Assembly: GCA_951406725.2 (NCBI GenBank) | Contig: OX597815.1 | Span: 66,960,001-67,024,000 of the forward strand | Length of the DNA: 64,000 bases | Reading direction: 5' to 3' | Source of the DNA: Octopus vulgaris | Lineage: Eukaryota | Part shown: one piece after another, positions 13,106-28,056 of the stretch | How positions within the stretch are numbered: the first letter of the stretch is position 1 | Layout of the letters: each line of letters starts with the position of its first letter | Position numbers and translations under genes: made by a program | Notes under the pieces: generated by a model | The model's database searches: none | What the model saw: only the letters and a program-made list of their open reading frames with translations | What the model was told of the DNA's origin: nothing

Positions 13106-14077
13106 AAAAGCAAAACTATATTCTAAACTTTTGTTTTTAAAGCCATGCATTTTAAGAGCACTGATCTTACTTTATATTTCATATACTCTATATCTAGTGG
13201 ATACCATGCTTGACAGCTTCTCTTCCAAGAACTGTTTCATAGAGATGAAGCTTCTATATTTATGTCAAGATAAAATATCCTTTTCTATTATATATAAATA
13301 TATATATATGCACAACTATTTCTAGTTGACTATGTGAAGCATAGTAATATAACTAATGTTTAGTCTAAATGATTAAGTCAAATAATGAAATAGCCTAATC
13401 CACCCATCCTTTACAAACCCTTCTGTTTGTGTTCATAAATACAATATGTATTCCATGAATTTCTGAAGTAGTGCCATTAAGTAAAGTTTAACCTTTTTAT
13501 AGTGACAGCATGCTAGTTGCATTGTATCCTCGATATCTTGTTCTTATTTATGACAGGGTCAATAATTTTTAAAAAATGTTTTTTATAACAAAAGATATTG
13601 CCCAAACCAGTTTTAGCAAAATTCAAAAAAATGAAGTTATTTCTATTGATTTTGAGAAAGGATTTTATAGCCAGATGATTTTCAAGTAAAGGATCTTTAT
13701 ATTCCACAGATCTTTGAAAGTGCTTAAATGGCAACAAGCAAAATATCTGCATTCATGCTCATTCACACACATGGCCTGGTGCTATAACAGAAAATATCTA
13801 CCAAAAGTGCTGTGTAGTGGAACTGAACCTGAGACTACACGGTTGGGAAGCAAGCCTCTTAACCATACAGTAACTGTTGATAAATATACACAAAGAGACT
13901 ACTATTCCTAGAAAGAAAATGGATATATTTCAGCGACAAATACTTGTATCATCATCATTTTATTGTCCATTTTGTCAAGTTGGCCTGAGATAGTTGATCC
14001 TATTTTATAGCATATTGCCACTTGTTTTAATCCATTGTCATTTCATATATAAGGCTCAACATCCTGATATTTGACTT

Positions 14078-14283
14078 AGCCCTTTCGTTACTGTATTTCT
14101 TTCAATTACTTTAAATACAACAAAGAATTTAGTAAAATAACTTAGTTATCATTTAGCTAGTGTTAGGAACATAAATTGTGACTAAGGTTTGGTGGAAGAT
14201 TTTAATTCAAAACTTATGAAAACAAGACATTTGTATTCAGAGCCAGAGCTGGTTTAAGCTGGGTTGGTAATGAAAGGGTTAAA
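14078..14283. mobile_element. piggyBac-type MITE
   Basis: ccctttcgttac ... gtaatgaaagggttaa termini; internal sequence shared with other copies. Confidence 0.6.
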
Positions 14284-17200
14284 CACTTTTGCTTGAACTT
14301 CTTCATTGACAACCCAAGTCCACATCAGTATAGTTTCCATCAATGTGTACCTATGAAATCCAGCCATATTCATATTTTACATGTGCTCTGATTTTCATAC
14401 AAGTTAACCATACACATCTAACAAGACCTAGTCTTTCACATCTATATTCAAAACCATTACCATGCTACATTACACTTATACAATCTGCCTTTTTTAGGGA
14501 GATACAAATACCAACACAACATATTTCCTTAACAGAATCTCAGTAAAGTTAACTTTAACACAGTTTGCTGTGGAACAAAGCTAATTTAAATGTGATAGCT
14601 GGCACAGGTGTAACATCGTCATTATTGTTTTAATGTTCACTTTTCCATGCTTGCATGAGTAAGAGAGAATTGGTTGAGGTATATTTTCTATGGCTGGATA
14701 TGCTTCTTGATGCCAACCCTTACTTGCTTTCTTGGAAGATTGGAAATAAATTACACTGACTGTATGTCAGTCATGCCCATTCACAACTATCAAGTGATGT
14801 CAAGACGAGGCGGCACAAACACACATATACATGATGGGTTTCTTTCAGTTTTCTTCTAATAAGTTTACTCAGCTCATGGATATAGCAGAAGCCACTCACT
14901 CAGAAACTAAAATGGTACACAATGGGACTGAACCCTAAATCATGTTGGAAAGCAAAAAACTTATTAACCACACATCATTGCCTACCTTGTTATTTGCAGC
15001 ATAGTTAACTGAGGTAACCAGAGTAGGCAACAGAATAATTAAATTCAAAGTTGTTATAGGCAACATGATATCTTTATTTCTATTTATGATGTTCCATACA
15101 TAAGATTAATGGATGAAAGAAATAAACTGATTCCAAGATAATATCCACATTTTAATATCCACTTTTCTAGGTTTGTACTGGTTAGATGGAGTTTATCGAA
15201 GCAAGTTTTCTACAGCTGGATGCCCTTCCTGTCACCAACCCTCACCTATTTCCAAGCAAGGTAATATTTCCTTATGACCAGACATGTTTTTGCAGAATAT
15301 TGGAAATGAATAACATTGTTTGTATGACAGTGACAGACAGACACTCACACACACACTTGATGGGCTTCTTTCAGTTTCCATCCATGAAACTCACTCACAA
15401 GGCTTTGGTCAGCCTGGAGTTATAATAGAAAACACTTGCTCATGCTGCCATGTAGTGCGGCTGAATTCAAAACCACATGGTTTGAAAGTAAGCTTGTCAA
15501 CCACATTGTATAAAGATATAAACATAGCTGGGGATTTAGAGGATTATGGCAGAAAACAGGATGGATATGTTGGTTTACAAAGGAGGAAATATCCCAAGAG
15601 AAAAAGAAAAAACAACAACTTGTAAATATTCTACAGCTTCAATGTTTTTACCATTAAAAATAGGAAGTTAGAAAACTAGCCAACCAATTGGTCATTATCT
15701 ATAGAAGTGGACACAAGAAGTAAATCAATGTTTTGTCTTCCCTACAGCAAGAGATAGGGAAATAACTGAATATCAAAGTCTGATGAAGAAGGTACCCCTC
15801 ACAAACACATGGATTTATGGTTGACAAACTCAGGTTGAAGAAGTTTGAATAACAAGAACAGTGGTAGGTTTAGAAATTAGTAGAGTTGTTGTTGTTGGTG
15901 GTGGAGTAGAATATGGAAGCACAAATTCCATGTTTCATGATGCAACTGCAAGAGAACTGCTTAGTTAAGGACCAAACAACTTTACTTTTCATTTGTTGAC
16001 CTGAAAAATGTATTTGATATCTCTGCATTGTTAGATGCTATGCATGAGAATACAAGAAGTAATATCAGGATTCACAGTGAATTTCATAAGAAATTTAGTA
16101 TACAGGTTGGTTTTAACAGGTCTCTCTCTCTCCATATATATATACACATACACACACAGACCACATCTGATTACAACTTAGGCGTTTGGTCCTACATATA
16201 CTTGATATTTGAAAGATTCTACAATAAGAGTTGCTGTGAAATGTGGAAGAGAAGTTTAAAGAGCAAAGCACTGGTTAGTAATGCACAGAATAAGAAATCT
16301 AGTACAAAAAATTTTTTAAACTTTTTCTTATTGAAAGCATAAGCCTTTGGAAGCTGTACGTGTGAGTATGATGTTACATGATAATAGTATATAGATGTTA
16401 TGGAGAGAAAGTGTTTGGTACTCAGAGACGAATCAAATAAATGTGTGATATAATGGATGTGCAGTGTTAATGTAGAGGGTCTTTCTAATGGAGCTAATAA
16501 TTTGGGGCTGCACAGAGACATGGCTGGAATGACCATAAGTATTATTGAAGTCCTCATTCATCTTTGGCAGCAGCAAAACACATGCCATCATCATTTGGTA
16601 GATGGAAGCTGAAAGAAGCCCATCAGACCATCTTCAAGCACTAGACAGAAGATTTTTTTTAATGTAACAATGTAAATATTTTACTTTATTTCATTTCTTT
16701 GGAAAATTTGAAAAATTTCTGTATATCTTTGTAAATAAACTAAGGAACAATTTCTTCATTTCTTCTAACCTTATTATTATTCCTACCAGTATACTGTCCT
16801 GTTCACTACCAAACATAGATAGAGGAAGGTATGTGTAAGTATGTTTGTACATGTAGGTATGCAAGTATGTTTGTGTCTCCTTGCTTTGACATTGTGTGGT
16901 AGTTATAAGTGAATGACACTGTAACATAAGCAGTGTCATTCATTTCCAATATTCTGTGAAGAACATGTCTGGCTATGCCTGGAAACAGGAAGGGAATCTG
17001 GCTGTAGAAAACTATGCTCCAATAAACTCCATCTGACCCATGCAAGCAGGGAAAAGTTGACATTAAAACAATGATTATGATAAACAGAATGATTCAAAAA
17101 TCTATTTAGTGTATATTTGTGTGTGTATATATATATATATATATACATATACTAGCTAACAAACAAGATCAGTTGAATGTTATAACTTTATTCTCTTTTG

Positions 17201-19813
17201 CTAATCCCTCCTCAAATATGTATTAACTGTAATAAAACTACTTTAGTTTTTTTAACCCATGGATATGAAGTTTAAGTCTTGTGGCAGCCACTGTGTTGTC
17301 TCCAAGTCCATCTTATTTACAAATTGAGTGCTTAGCACCCAAATAATTGGAAATATACTTGTTCTTCACTTTATTCACTATATCCACACTAACCCATACC
17401 AGTTTCACATCAATCTTTATCCTTTTCTTGCCATCCCAGTTGTTTCTGCTCCCATTACCCACGTTGACTAATCATTTAGAATCCTCTCCTTGGCATGTTT
17501 TTTTCCATTTCCATACCCCAGACTTCAATCTGTGTGTCATCCTTACCAATTTTATTATCCTTCAGGTGGGGTCACAAACATCATGGACACTCCCTCACCT
17601 CTTTCTTATTTTGAGTGGAAGCAAAAATTATTCTTCCACTCATTCTGACACAAGAAACTGGAAATAGATTTGTCCAGCAATTTAATTTTAGGTCTTTGTG
17701 GCCTAAAACAAAACCTTCCAAATCATTTTAGCTCTATATCTCATTTCCAAAGCTCACTACCTGATAGCAATGGCTAAAAGAGGGTAACAAGAAACTCACT
17801 GTCTCCAAAAAGACTTGAATATTTAAAGACAAAAATGAATAATTGCTGCTGTGAATTTTTATCGATTTTTTCTGAATTCCTACAAAAGGATAACTTTCAT
17901 GAGGGTGGCAGAAGGGAATACTCTCATTTTTTGTGACGACTGACAAATATATATGTATGCATATATATATATATATATGAATGATATCAACAGTTTTTAG
18001 AAGAATAAAGCTGTATAACATACATCTAAATTATAAGTCTCACTGATATGATAACCTCTCTCAAGCTAAAAATTATTTATTTCTATTCAATTTTTATCCT
18101 GTCAGTGAAATAAATTTAAACAGAACAGTTTTTGTGCATACTACATAAATACTGAACACAGTCGTGTGTGCACATAAACACACATATATACCTATAAATA
18201 TCTGTATACCATTATCATCATAATCATTTATTGTCCCTTTTTCCATATTGGCATGAATTAGACGGTTTGACAGGAGCTGGCAAGCTACGGAACGGCAATA
18301 AGCTCTACTGTCTGCTTTGGCATAGTTATTATGGCTGGATGCCCTTCCCAAAACAAGCTCTATTCATTTTTCCATGCTAGCATGGGTTAAAATGAATATA
18401 TAATTTTTATATATTATTGAGGCATTGTTTTACAGTCAGGAATGTTTCTGCTACGAATCCTTACCTGTTTTTTGAGTAAAGGTTTTGAAAGCACAGAACC
18501 AGATGAAGTGTTGATAGGAAGTTGACAGTATGTCACTTTTGTAGCTCAGTTTTTCAGAGAAGCACAAATATAAAGAATTACACACACACACACACACACA
18601 CACAAGGCAAACTTTGTACAGTTTATGTGTATCAAATTCACTCACAATGCATTGGTTGACCTACGGCTACAGTCGAAGATGCTTGCTTAAGATGCTGTGC
18701 AGTGGGACTAATTTTCAAACCATGTAGTTGCAAAGCAAACCTTTTAACTAAACAGACATACCTGCCCCTATGTAAATACACATAATTTAGATATCTACAG
18801 AGGTGACCAATACTTCAAGGTGTCAAGTTTTATGACAAAAGATTTCAATATAAATATCTTGTCCTCTTGGAAGTTGACATCCAAGACATATTCATACACA
18901 TGACAACCATATTCAGTGGTGCAGAGATTTTCATTGGAAGGAAAAACAAAACAGAAATAAAACCCTAATCTGTTGTCATGTATATCAAACATCTCAAAAG
19001 AAGAAAAGAAAAATTATCTTAATATGCAAGGAACCTCATACTGTAAAATTATTTAATCTCATAAATAACATACTTAGAAGCTCATTGATATAAACTTTAT
19101 TTTATAGCACCTGTATGTAGTTTTGAATTTGCTCAGGTCCTCAAATAAGATGTCAGCACCTTTCATTGGACTCACATATCATCAGAAAAAATAAATTTAT
19201 TGTTCCCTCCTTGTTCTTGTTTCTCTTCATTGTATGTTGCTAACCTTTCTTCCAAAACTACTTATGAGTGTACCTGATTTCAAGCTTTTCTTGCAATCAT
19301 AATTTATCTTTATGCATCAATAGACCAATCTCACATATAATTTCCCTATTGAAAATTACAAACTACTAGTTTTAGTTTTTCTAACATTCTGAACTTCAAA
19401 TTTCAAGAGAAACTTCCTAGTGTAGGCATATTATTCCATTGATTGCTGCATTATGCATAAAATAAGCTGAGGTAAAATGCATAATTCAGATATTTGTGAA
19501 AGAAACCAATATATTGGTTTTGTGTGGGCACAAAAGCAGTTGTTTGATATAGTGTAATGTAAGGGAATAACAACTCCATCATTGATTTTAAGGTGTAATT
19601 TTGACTGGGTTGGTTTTTCTTGGAGGAGGGGGTGTTTTGCTTTATTTTTAAGGCAAAGGGTTTGAAATAAACATTTTAGCTCCCATAAAAAAAAAAAAAA
19701 CTAAATAAGGCAAACTGTCCATGGGATGCTTGATTTCTGGATTTTAAAAAATTTGTATTGTAAGTACTAAAGCCTTGTTTTTGTAAGCAGCTTGAGGGGG
19801 AATTTAAACTTAC

Positions 19814-19831
19814 CTTAGATGTCCGAGGATT
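19814..19831 (-). CDS. MICU1: Candidate MICU1 cassette microexon, 18 nt (NPRTSK)
   Basis: tttttctacttttatttacttccttaatcag acceptor and consensus AAG|gtaagt donor; phase 0-0, no stop. Confidence 0.6.
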
Positions 19832-20077
19832 CTGATTAAGGAAGTAAATAAAAGTAGAAAAATACAATGAAATGACCACATAGAAAAGTACTCACACCAA
19901 CCATTGTTGACAATAAAGATTAAAAAAAAATAAAAACAACAACATTTAGCAGCAGTAAAAAGAGCAAATACCAGTGAATAGCTCTTGGTGTTTCTTTCAA
20001 CTTTGGATATACATTGTGTTTAGAAAGACAAAGAGAGAAACATGGAGAATAAAAACCATGCAGAATTCAATTTAAAA

Positions 20078-20122
<45 letters not shown>

Positions 20123-21439
20123 CAGTGAATGGTTAAATAAAACAGCTGCCAAATGATTTTACATGACAGTGGTATAGCAACAATAAAATCATAAGCATGT
20201 GTGCTTTTACAAATTCTCAGTCTCGGATATATTTTATGATACTTTTATTGGAGGGGGAAATATGCATGAATGTCACAGAGGGATAGCTATTAGTGATTGT
20301 TTAACCCTAGATCAGTCCTGATTGTACAGACTTTTAATCAAAAATATTCTAGTCATGACCATCCCATCTTTTTCCTATATGCAACTCAGAAGAATCACAT
20401 TACCAACATATCCATTCCAGTGATTGAAGGAGCTTTGAAGGACTGTGACTTGAAGGAGCTTTGCTGCTATTTCTAAGAAGTTGAGTGACCATATAGATGC
20501 TCCCTCATTGGCTCCTTTCTTTCAGAGAAGATTGTGTGTATGTATTCGGACATTGTTAATGTTTCTTGATTTTATAAAACATTAAAACCTGATAGAACCT
20601 TTGAAATACAAAATACTTCTCAAGAAATATTAGAAACAGAGCTAACAACCTGCAAGAATGGTTTATGTGTGAGTCACAAATATTTTACATACATTTCTCA
20701 AGTTGTTCAACTAAATAAGATACACACAAGAGGTAATGAAAAATACTTGGCCTTTTTTCGCAATTATGTACTTTTGGATTCAGTCCTGCTGTGTGGAACC
20801 TTGGGCAAGTGTCTTCAACTACAGCCCCAGACCGACCAAAGCCTTGTGAGTAGATATGGTTAGACAGATATTAAATGAAAGCCCTTCATATACATGTATA
20901 TGTGTATTTATCTCCCACTACTGGTCGGCAATTGAAGACACCAATAGATTAAGAACCAGACCTAAAAATATGTACTGGGGTTGATTTGTTTGACTAAATC
21001 CTTCAAGGTGGTACCCCAGTATGGTCACAATTCAACAACTGAAATAAGTAGACATTTAAAAAAAACAGAAGCAAAGTTGAATTAAAAATTGGGAGAGGTA
21101 GGGAGAGCTTGGATATCAGCTATTTGGGATCCAAAAGAATAGGAGAGGGGAAAATAGAGAAATTTAAATCAAATAAAACAAGGTAAACTGTAAGAGTGTG
21201 TGTATGCTTCATTCATTGTCATCATTTAGTGTCCACTTTACCATGTTTGCATGGCAAGATGGAATTTGTAGAAGGCAGATTTTCTATGGTCAGATGCTCA
21301 TCCTGTTGTCATCTTCACCTATTTTCAAGCAAGGTAATATTTCCCCATGGCCAGACATTTTTCATGGAAGGTTAGAAGCAAAACAACATGTCAAACCGTC
21401 CGACCCATACCAGTGTGGAGAGCAAACATTAAATGATGA

Positions 21440-21476
<37 letters not shown>

Positions 21477-22069
21477 TATACATACATAGCAGGCTTCTTA
21501 GATTCTGTCTAATAAATCCACTTAGAAGGCTTTAGTCAGCCACAGGCTATAGAAGATGTTTACCTAAGATGATGTGCAGTTGGGGCTGAACTTGAGATCA
21601 TGTGGTTGGGAAGCAAGCTTCTTAACCACACAGCTATGCCTGTGTGTATGTGTGTGCACACACACAGTATATGTGTATATATACACACAAATTGAAGCAT
21701 ACATCTGTTCACTGACAATAACACTTCAATTTTCATGGCAACAAATTTGTACCTCATCTTCTCTAGTCCTTAACACCATATAATGTTAGTGCAAATACAG
21801 ATCATGTTGGCAGTAAGTTTTGAATGGTATCATATTATAGGAATGGAGATAAATGAAGGTAGAGAGGTTAGAAAAGTAAATCTGTACAAGTAGATTTGGC
21901 ATTATGAAAAGTGCTAGTGTTTAAAGACATTCAATTGTACTTTTTATGTTCTATTTTGGGTTTTATCATTTTTAGTGCTCTAAACAGAATTTGAACTTGT
22001 AGGACCGCATGCAACACCAGCATTACTCAAACAACTGAAGAAAAACCACAAGGAAGATAACCCTGGCAG

Positions 22070-22530
22070 GTGAGATCAGCTCAAGGCAGTTGTGCTTCAC
22101 AAAAGAAAGTAGGTGGACCTCTTCTGCAAGAGAAGTGTAATCCAGCCCTTGCTGCTCCATTCAGACTAAAGGATGAACTGATCATGGCTCTGAGATATCT
22201 GCTGAAGATACAGAATGGTTCCCAACAATGTGATTACTTAGTCACCATTAAGTAAGACAAAAAGTTTGTAACACCTTGAAAAACGTCTGCAGGTTCTGCT
22301 TGGGACAAAGTACCTCTGATGTTTATTTCACAAAGCCTCAAAACCCTCCTGACAGGAAATGTGGCGAGGAAGAGAGCAAGAGGCTGTCACAAATGTTATG
22401 GATTGACATCAAAGAATGGACTGGAAACAAGAGCCTAGCTGATTGTATGTATGCAGCACAACACAGAGGGAACTGGAGAGTTTTTGGCAAGCTGACCCTT
22501 GGACACAGGAGGGCACTTGGCTGATGATGA
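22070..22530 (+). mobile_element. Degenerate RTE-type LINE 3' fragment
   Basis: remnant ...LWIDIKEWTG...AAQHRGNWR followed by tgatgatga tail. Confidence 0.5.
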
Positions 22531-23054
22531 ATTTTACTTTATCTTACAAAGTTTTCTCAGTTATATTCCAGAGAGATAAACCAAATGAGATACATATTTG
22601 AAAAAGAGTTATGATCAGAATAGTTAAACTATTAATATAAATATTGAAATATTTCTCCCCCAACCCATCATACACTTTCATTATATCAATACAAATATAG
22701 TTTTAAAACTGAAAATGATTATTGTATTAGACTTCAGGGATTATTGTAGTGACTAAAGATTTTTATGTGTAAACATTGGGTTCCTGGGAGTTGAGAAATG
22801 ACAAGAATTCAACATCATTGACTTATGGTATATAACATAGTGGTAACTGTACTGATCCCTTAGTAGATATGTAAATAGATGACATATGTATGTGTGTGTG
22901 TGTATGACAGAGGTAGATCAAGGAAGACATAACAAGTGATGTGGTCAGATCTGAGAATGTCAGGCCCAGATAAACTGACAAATAACTGACATGCATACAA
23001 GTAATGATGTATTGGAAACTAGTTTAGCCTCTGTTTGGAAATAAAATGCAATCA

Positions 23055-23254
23055 TTAACCCTTTTGTTACCATATTTCTGTTGAAATACATTGTCTTTGT
23101 ATCAATTAATTTTTAAAATAATGAAAATTTTAGTAAAAAAACTTATTTTAAAGTTAGAGTTTGGAACATAAATTAACATGAAATTTTGATGGAAGGTTTT
23201 AATTTAGATCACTTCATCAGTACCAAAAGGTGGCATTGGTATCAAAAGGGTTAA
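23055..23254. mobile_element. piggyBac-type MITE
   Basis: TTAA|CCCTTTTGTTACCA ... TGGTATCAAAAGGG|TTAA: TIRs plus TTAA target duplication. Confidence 0.8.
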
Positions 23255-23292
23255 AGAAATAATGTTTAAGTGAGTAATGAAGGAAACATTAA

Positions 23293-24185
23293 ATCATCAT
23301 CATCATCGTTTAACGTCTGCTTTCCATGCTAGCATCGGTTTGACTGAGGGCTGGCGAACCAGATGGCTGCATCAGGCTCCAGTCTTGATCTGGCAGAGTT
23401 TCTACAGCTGGATGCCCTTCTAACGCCAACCACTCCAAGAGTGTAGTGGGTGCTTTTACATGCCCACAAGCACAGGGGCCAGTCAGGCGGTACTGGCAAC
23501 GACCTCGCTCGAATCTTTTTACACATGCCACTGGCACAGGTACCAGTAAGGCGATGCTTGAATGGTGCCTTTTACATGCCACCGGCACGGAAGCCAGTTA
23601 GCCGCTCTGGCAACAATCATACTCGGATAGTGCTCTTAGCACCCTACTAGCACAGGGCACAAGTGCTAGTAAGGCGATGCTGGTAATGATCACACTTGAA
23701 TGGTGCCTTTTATGTGCTTTTTTTGTCAACGATCCCGCTCGTATGGTGCTCTTTGCACCCCACTAGCACGGATGCCTGTCATCGCCTGTCATCGAATTTC
23801 ACTTGCCTCAACAGGTCTTCACAAGCAGAGTTTAGTGTCCAAAGAAGGAAAAGGTACACATAAGTGGGCTGGTTACGTCCCTGGCATAGGCCACGAGTTT
23901 ATGGTTTCATTTGGCTTGCCGGGTCTTCTCAAGCACAGCATATTTCCAAAGGTCTCGGTCACTAGTCATTTCCTTGGTGAGGCCTAAAGTTCGAAGGTCG
24001 TGCTTCACCACTTCATCCCAGATCTTCCTGGGTCTACCTCTTCCACAGGTTCCCTCAACTGCTAGGGTGTGGCACTTTTTCCCACAGCTATCCTCATCCA
24101 TTCTCGCCACATGTCCATACCAGCACAGTCGTCTCTTTTGCACACCACATCTGATGCTTCTGAGGTCCAACTTTTCTCTCAAGGT
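23293..24185 (-). mobile_element. 5'-truncated RTE-clade LINE (RT C-terminus, 3' UTR, (GAT)n tail)
   Basis: ORF RRLCWYGHVARMDEDSCGKK..GRGRPRKIWDEVVKHDL..DRDLWK is the typical RTE C-terminus; catcatcatc tail near 23295. Confidence 0.88.
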
Positions 24186-25122
24186 AAATGATGGCATAAA
24201 TTTTTTGATGATGGGACACCCCCACAAAACAAACAAACAAAAAAAAACTGCAGTATCAATCTTCATATAAGGTGACAGAATATTTAAGAGAGCTGATACC
24301 TGCTGACCTTGCAAAACAGGAAGTAAAAAAGCCTCTGGATGACTGCATCAATATGTAGTCATTGGTTGCAAAATGCGACTTAAAGATAATGAATGTCTCT
24401 AAGACAATGTGTGTGAAGGTGTATAATCCAGTGGTTAGGGTACTGCACTCATGATCACAAGATTGTGATTTTGATTCATGAACTGGACAGCGCATTCTTG
24501 GGCAAAACACTTTATTTATTTCACATAACTCCAGTCCATTTAGTGGTAAATGAGTAACCCTGTGATTGACAAGTATTCTGTTCGGGGGAGAATGTGGTGA
24601 TCACATTCACTTATACAACATAGAAACTGGGTCTTATGAGTCCTAAGGTTTGAGACAGTACTTACTATGACAATGGATGTGTTTCAATTGGAATCCGGGC
24701 TGAAAGAACACATTCCAAGCCATGACTATTTAGAAGGAACAACGTTGAAAAGTTCCTTGAAAATAATTAAGAAACAAAATTATCAAACCTTTGATATCCA
24801 TTACCAGACCAGAATCATGTTATGTAGGAGAAGCACCAAACCTTAACTGATGTTACTATATATAACAATCAAATATTAAGAATAAGCCAGTCAATGAATA
24901 CTTGCTAAATAAAGTTACAATTGCCGTTTGTGTATCAGACTTCATGTTTACACACTGTTAGAAAGCATGATGCTGTGGAGTTGTCTGAAATGAAATATTT
25001 TCATAAAAACCCAATATATATTAGAGTGAGACAAACATTATCACTGCAGTGACTCACAAGAATGACAAATGCATTTTGCCTTTTTGAGGTCTATCAATGC
25101 CATGCACCTAAATTTCACCTGC

Positions 25123-25351
25123 TTAACCCTTTAGCATTTACACAGGCCATATCTGGCCAAAATATTCTGCATGTTTTTATGCTCTCACTGGCCAGGTCTA
25201 TCTGCTCAAACCTATCCTACAATGTCACTCTAAAAATAAAGAATCACATCATCGAAATTTCAAAGCTCCAAGATAATGCATGATTAATTCAAAATGATGA
25301 GCATAAATAAGCATTCTATTTGACAGAATAATCTGAACGCTAAAAGGTTAA
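25123..25351. mobile_element. piggyBac-type MITE (second subfamily)
   Basis: TTAACCCTTTAGCATT ... ACGCTAAAAGGTTAA; related copy ends at ~55055 (atgctaaagggttaa). Confidence 0.7.
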
Positions 25352-26365
25352 AAGAAATTTCAATTTTGATAGATAGAAAACAGTGAATATAACATTCAAT
25401 AGTATTGCAGAAGCTTGCCAGGCTGTAAAAAAAAAAACTTTAGGTATATGCAGGTAAACAGCATTAAATTAAAATATCTGTATCATACTAAATGTATACA
25501 TACAGTTAGAAGGCCTGATACTGTGAAATTGTCTGATATAAAATCTTTTCACAGACTTGTGTTAAAAGCACAATATAATAGAGAGAAATCAACTTTGTTG
25601 CTGTAGCATTTTATGTTTCTTGAGGATTGTGAATGCCATGTACTTGATTGTCACTTGCTTAAATGAAATTCATGCTTCAATATATCGGAAACAGTGAATA
25701 AAACATTCACTAGAATTGCAGAAACCTTGCTGGGCTTTCTACAGTAGAAACTATATTTCCATCATGCAGGCTGCAAAAGAAAAACTGCCTTGGGTATGTA
25801 TGTAATATTTGTAGAGTATCTACATTCACAGTAAAATAAATTATTCAACCTGTATCAAACTATTTTCTTACTTAGCGTCACCAATATCAAAAACATAAAC
25901 TGTCCTCCTACCCCAATATAAACATAACATTTCACCTCTTCTTCAAGTGGCCACAACCAAAACAGGTCTCACAATGCCATACCAAGAATGTCTGTACCCT
26001 GTTAAAGACCCAAGGTAGTTATTCAATTTCATGTGTATTTCTGCCAATAACATCAATGTAACTAAGTGGATCTTTGTCTTCTATTAGGGTACCAAAGTGT
26101 TCAACATACAACATCTGATATGGAATGTTGTTCAGCATAATAACAGTGGTCAGCAAAGCCTACCTTGCATTGAACAGATAATAGAGGTGAGCAGAGTATA
26201 TCAATAAATTTCTGCTTTGGTTTTGTGCTCCCATGAGAAGCCTAGTTCACATAACAAATGACGACGATGTTCCCTTATTAGTAGTCCTGTCTATCCAGTT
26301 TTTTTATGATTAGCATTTAGGATCAATATTTATTTTATATGTTTTGGATAAGATAAAATATAATA

Positions 26366-26368
<3 letters not shown>

Positions 26369-26433
<65 letters not shown>
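26369..26433. repeat. (TA)n microsatellite, longest of many in the window
   Basis: direct reading. Confidence 0.95.
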
Positions 26434-26439
<6 letters not shown>

Positions 26440-26689
26440 GATTCAGGTCCATTCAGTATGTTTCACTTCTAATATATAAAATGTTCCCAGATGCCCAGAC
26501 ATTCCATCTAGACTAAGGTTTATTGCCAATTAATTTTCTTAGGTTTCTAAAACAATTTTAGACAATCCTGAATAGATAAGTTTCCAGAGGTTGGAGATGT
26601 ACCCTGTCATTTTTAATTTACAATGTCACCAAAAGGTTTGCATAGAATTTCATAGATATAACAGAAAAAAAAAAAGTAATCTTCAGTGA

Positions 26690-27062
26690 TGTTCCAAGAT
26701 ACAACTTATGTATGCTCTGGGATGCATCATCAATGATGTTTCTGGGGTTTCAGGTCTTTCCTCATCAGACTCCCTTGCCTTGTTGATCCAACCAGAGTTG
26801 ATCAAGTCCCAGTTTGCATCACAGTAGCAATGATCCACCAGTCTATCATCTTTATCAAAAGTCACCTAGTGGCTTTCTTTGCAGCTTTAGTAATGGAATT
26901 TATGGCTGCCTTCTTTGTTGCACCAGTAACTTTAAGCCTAGTCATAGCTTTACAGAATGAATGCCCCATGACACTCTGGCAGCCCACTTCAATTACTTTG
27001 CAACGTGTCTGCTAGCTCTGGTTTTTGCATTGCTCTACCAGCTCCCGGTATTTGGCAAACTT
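26690..27062 (-). mobile_element. Non-LTR retrotransposon 3' fragment with restriction-like endonuclease (R2-group/HERO-like)
   Basis: minus strand reads KFAKYRELVEQCKNQS*QTRCKVIEVGCQSVMG..KKAAINSITKAAKKATR*L, matching the K..KY..L..EVGCRG RLE signature, with stops. Confidence 0.7.
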
Positions 27063-28004
27063 CCTTAGAATACATGGAAAAGAACAGAAGAAGTGGTAAA
27101 AGCTTCTCTCAGGATACTGAACCTGCATGAAGGAGATGATAAATGACAGGATGAAGTGGCAAGACGCTGTAGTGGAGAAGATTCATCCAACACTAAGTAA
27201 GCATAGAAAAAGAATGGATGAAAAAGGATGATGATACTTGAAAAATAATTAAGCTTTGCTAGCATTACTATTATATTAATATGACTCAACCATGGGGAAA
27301 TATATATTTAAACAGCCTTGTACCTAGACAAAAGAAGTCAATTATTACTGTAACTAATAATTGTTTGGAAAATTATGTTTTCATTTAGAGATTGGTATAA
27401 ACCGGTTGTTTTTTGCTTGACATATTGGTACAGATTGAGATTTGGTTACTTTTGAACTTCACAAACCTTTATTGCAACTTACAATTCTCTTAAAGAAAAA
27501 CAAGATGAGGTTAATAGATTTATGAAATCTTTCAGCTCTGTTTCAACTGCAAACCCTTTTCTGATAACATATAGTGATGTCTTACTGCATATCACTGAAT
27601 AACAGCTATGTATTGCTTATTGATGAGGCAGAAGCAAAAATGCAGAATTTTAAAATACAAAAGCTCAGCTATGTCACACCAACATTTAAAAAAATATATT
27701 TTAATTTAATTTTGAAGACTTCATTTACATGTTAAAAAGAAAAGCAAAAGCAAGATAGAGATAAAACTTCATTAACTCAAAAATAAAAAGTAACTCCAGT
27801 TTAAGAGGAGGAAAAGAAAAATTAGTATTATGAAGAGAGTATTTCGATGTAAAAATCCACTCCAAAAAGACATGCAAATGTCAAAATTTGTAGACCTAGT
27901 AAAGCCATGTTAGTAAAAATTTTTTTTAAAAATGAAAAGCATTTTATGAATGAATGCAAAATATTTTTTAAAAGATTGAGATATGAATCTATGTGTAAAA
28001 TATG

Positions 28005-28056
<52 letters not shown>

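Noticed and set aside
19896-20000. Possible 105-nt exon (aag acceptor to gtgagt donor) or 29-nt version
   Set aside because: In-frame TAA in phase 0, AAG acceptor, and only 64 nt to the next acceptor; the 29-nt form shifts the frame and has a weak donor
23440-23770. Spaced short repeats (ggtgc(c)ttttacatgcc) superficially like a CRISPR array
   Set aside because: Degenerate internal tandem repeats of the RTE 3' UTR; spacers are themselves similar; eukaryotic context with no cas genes
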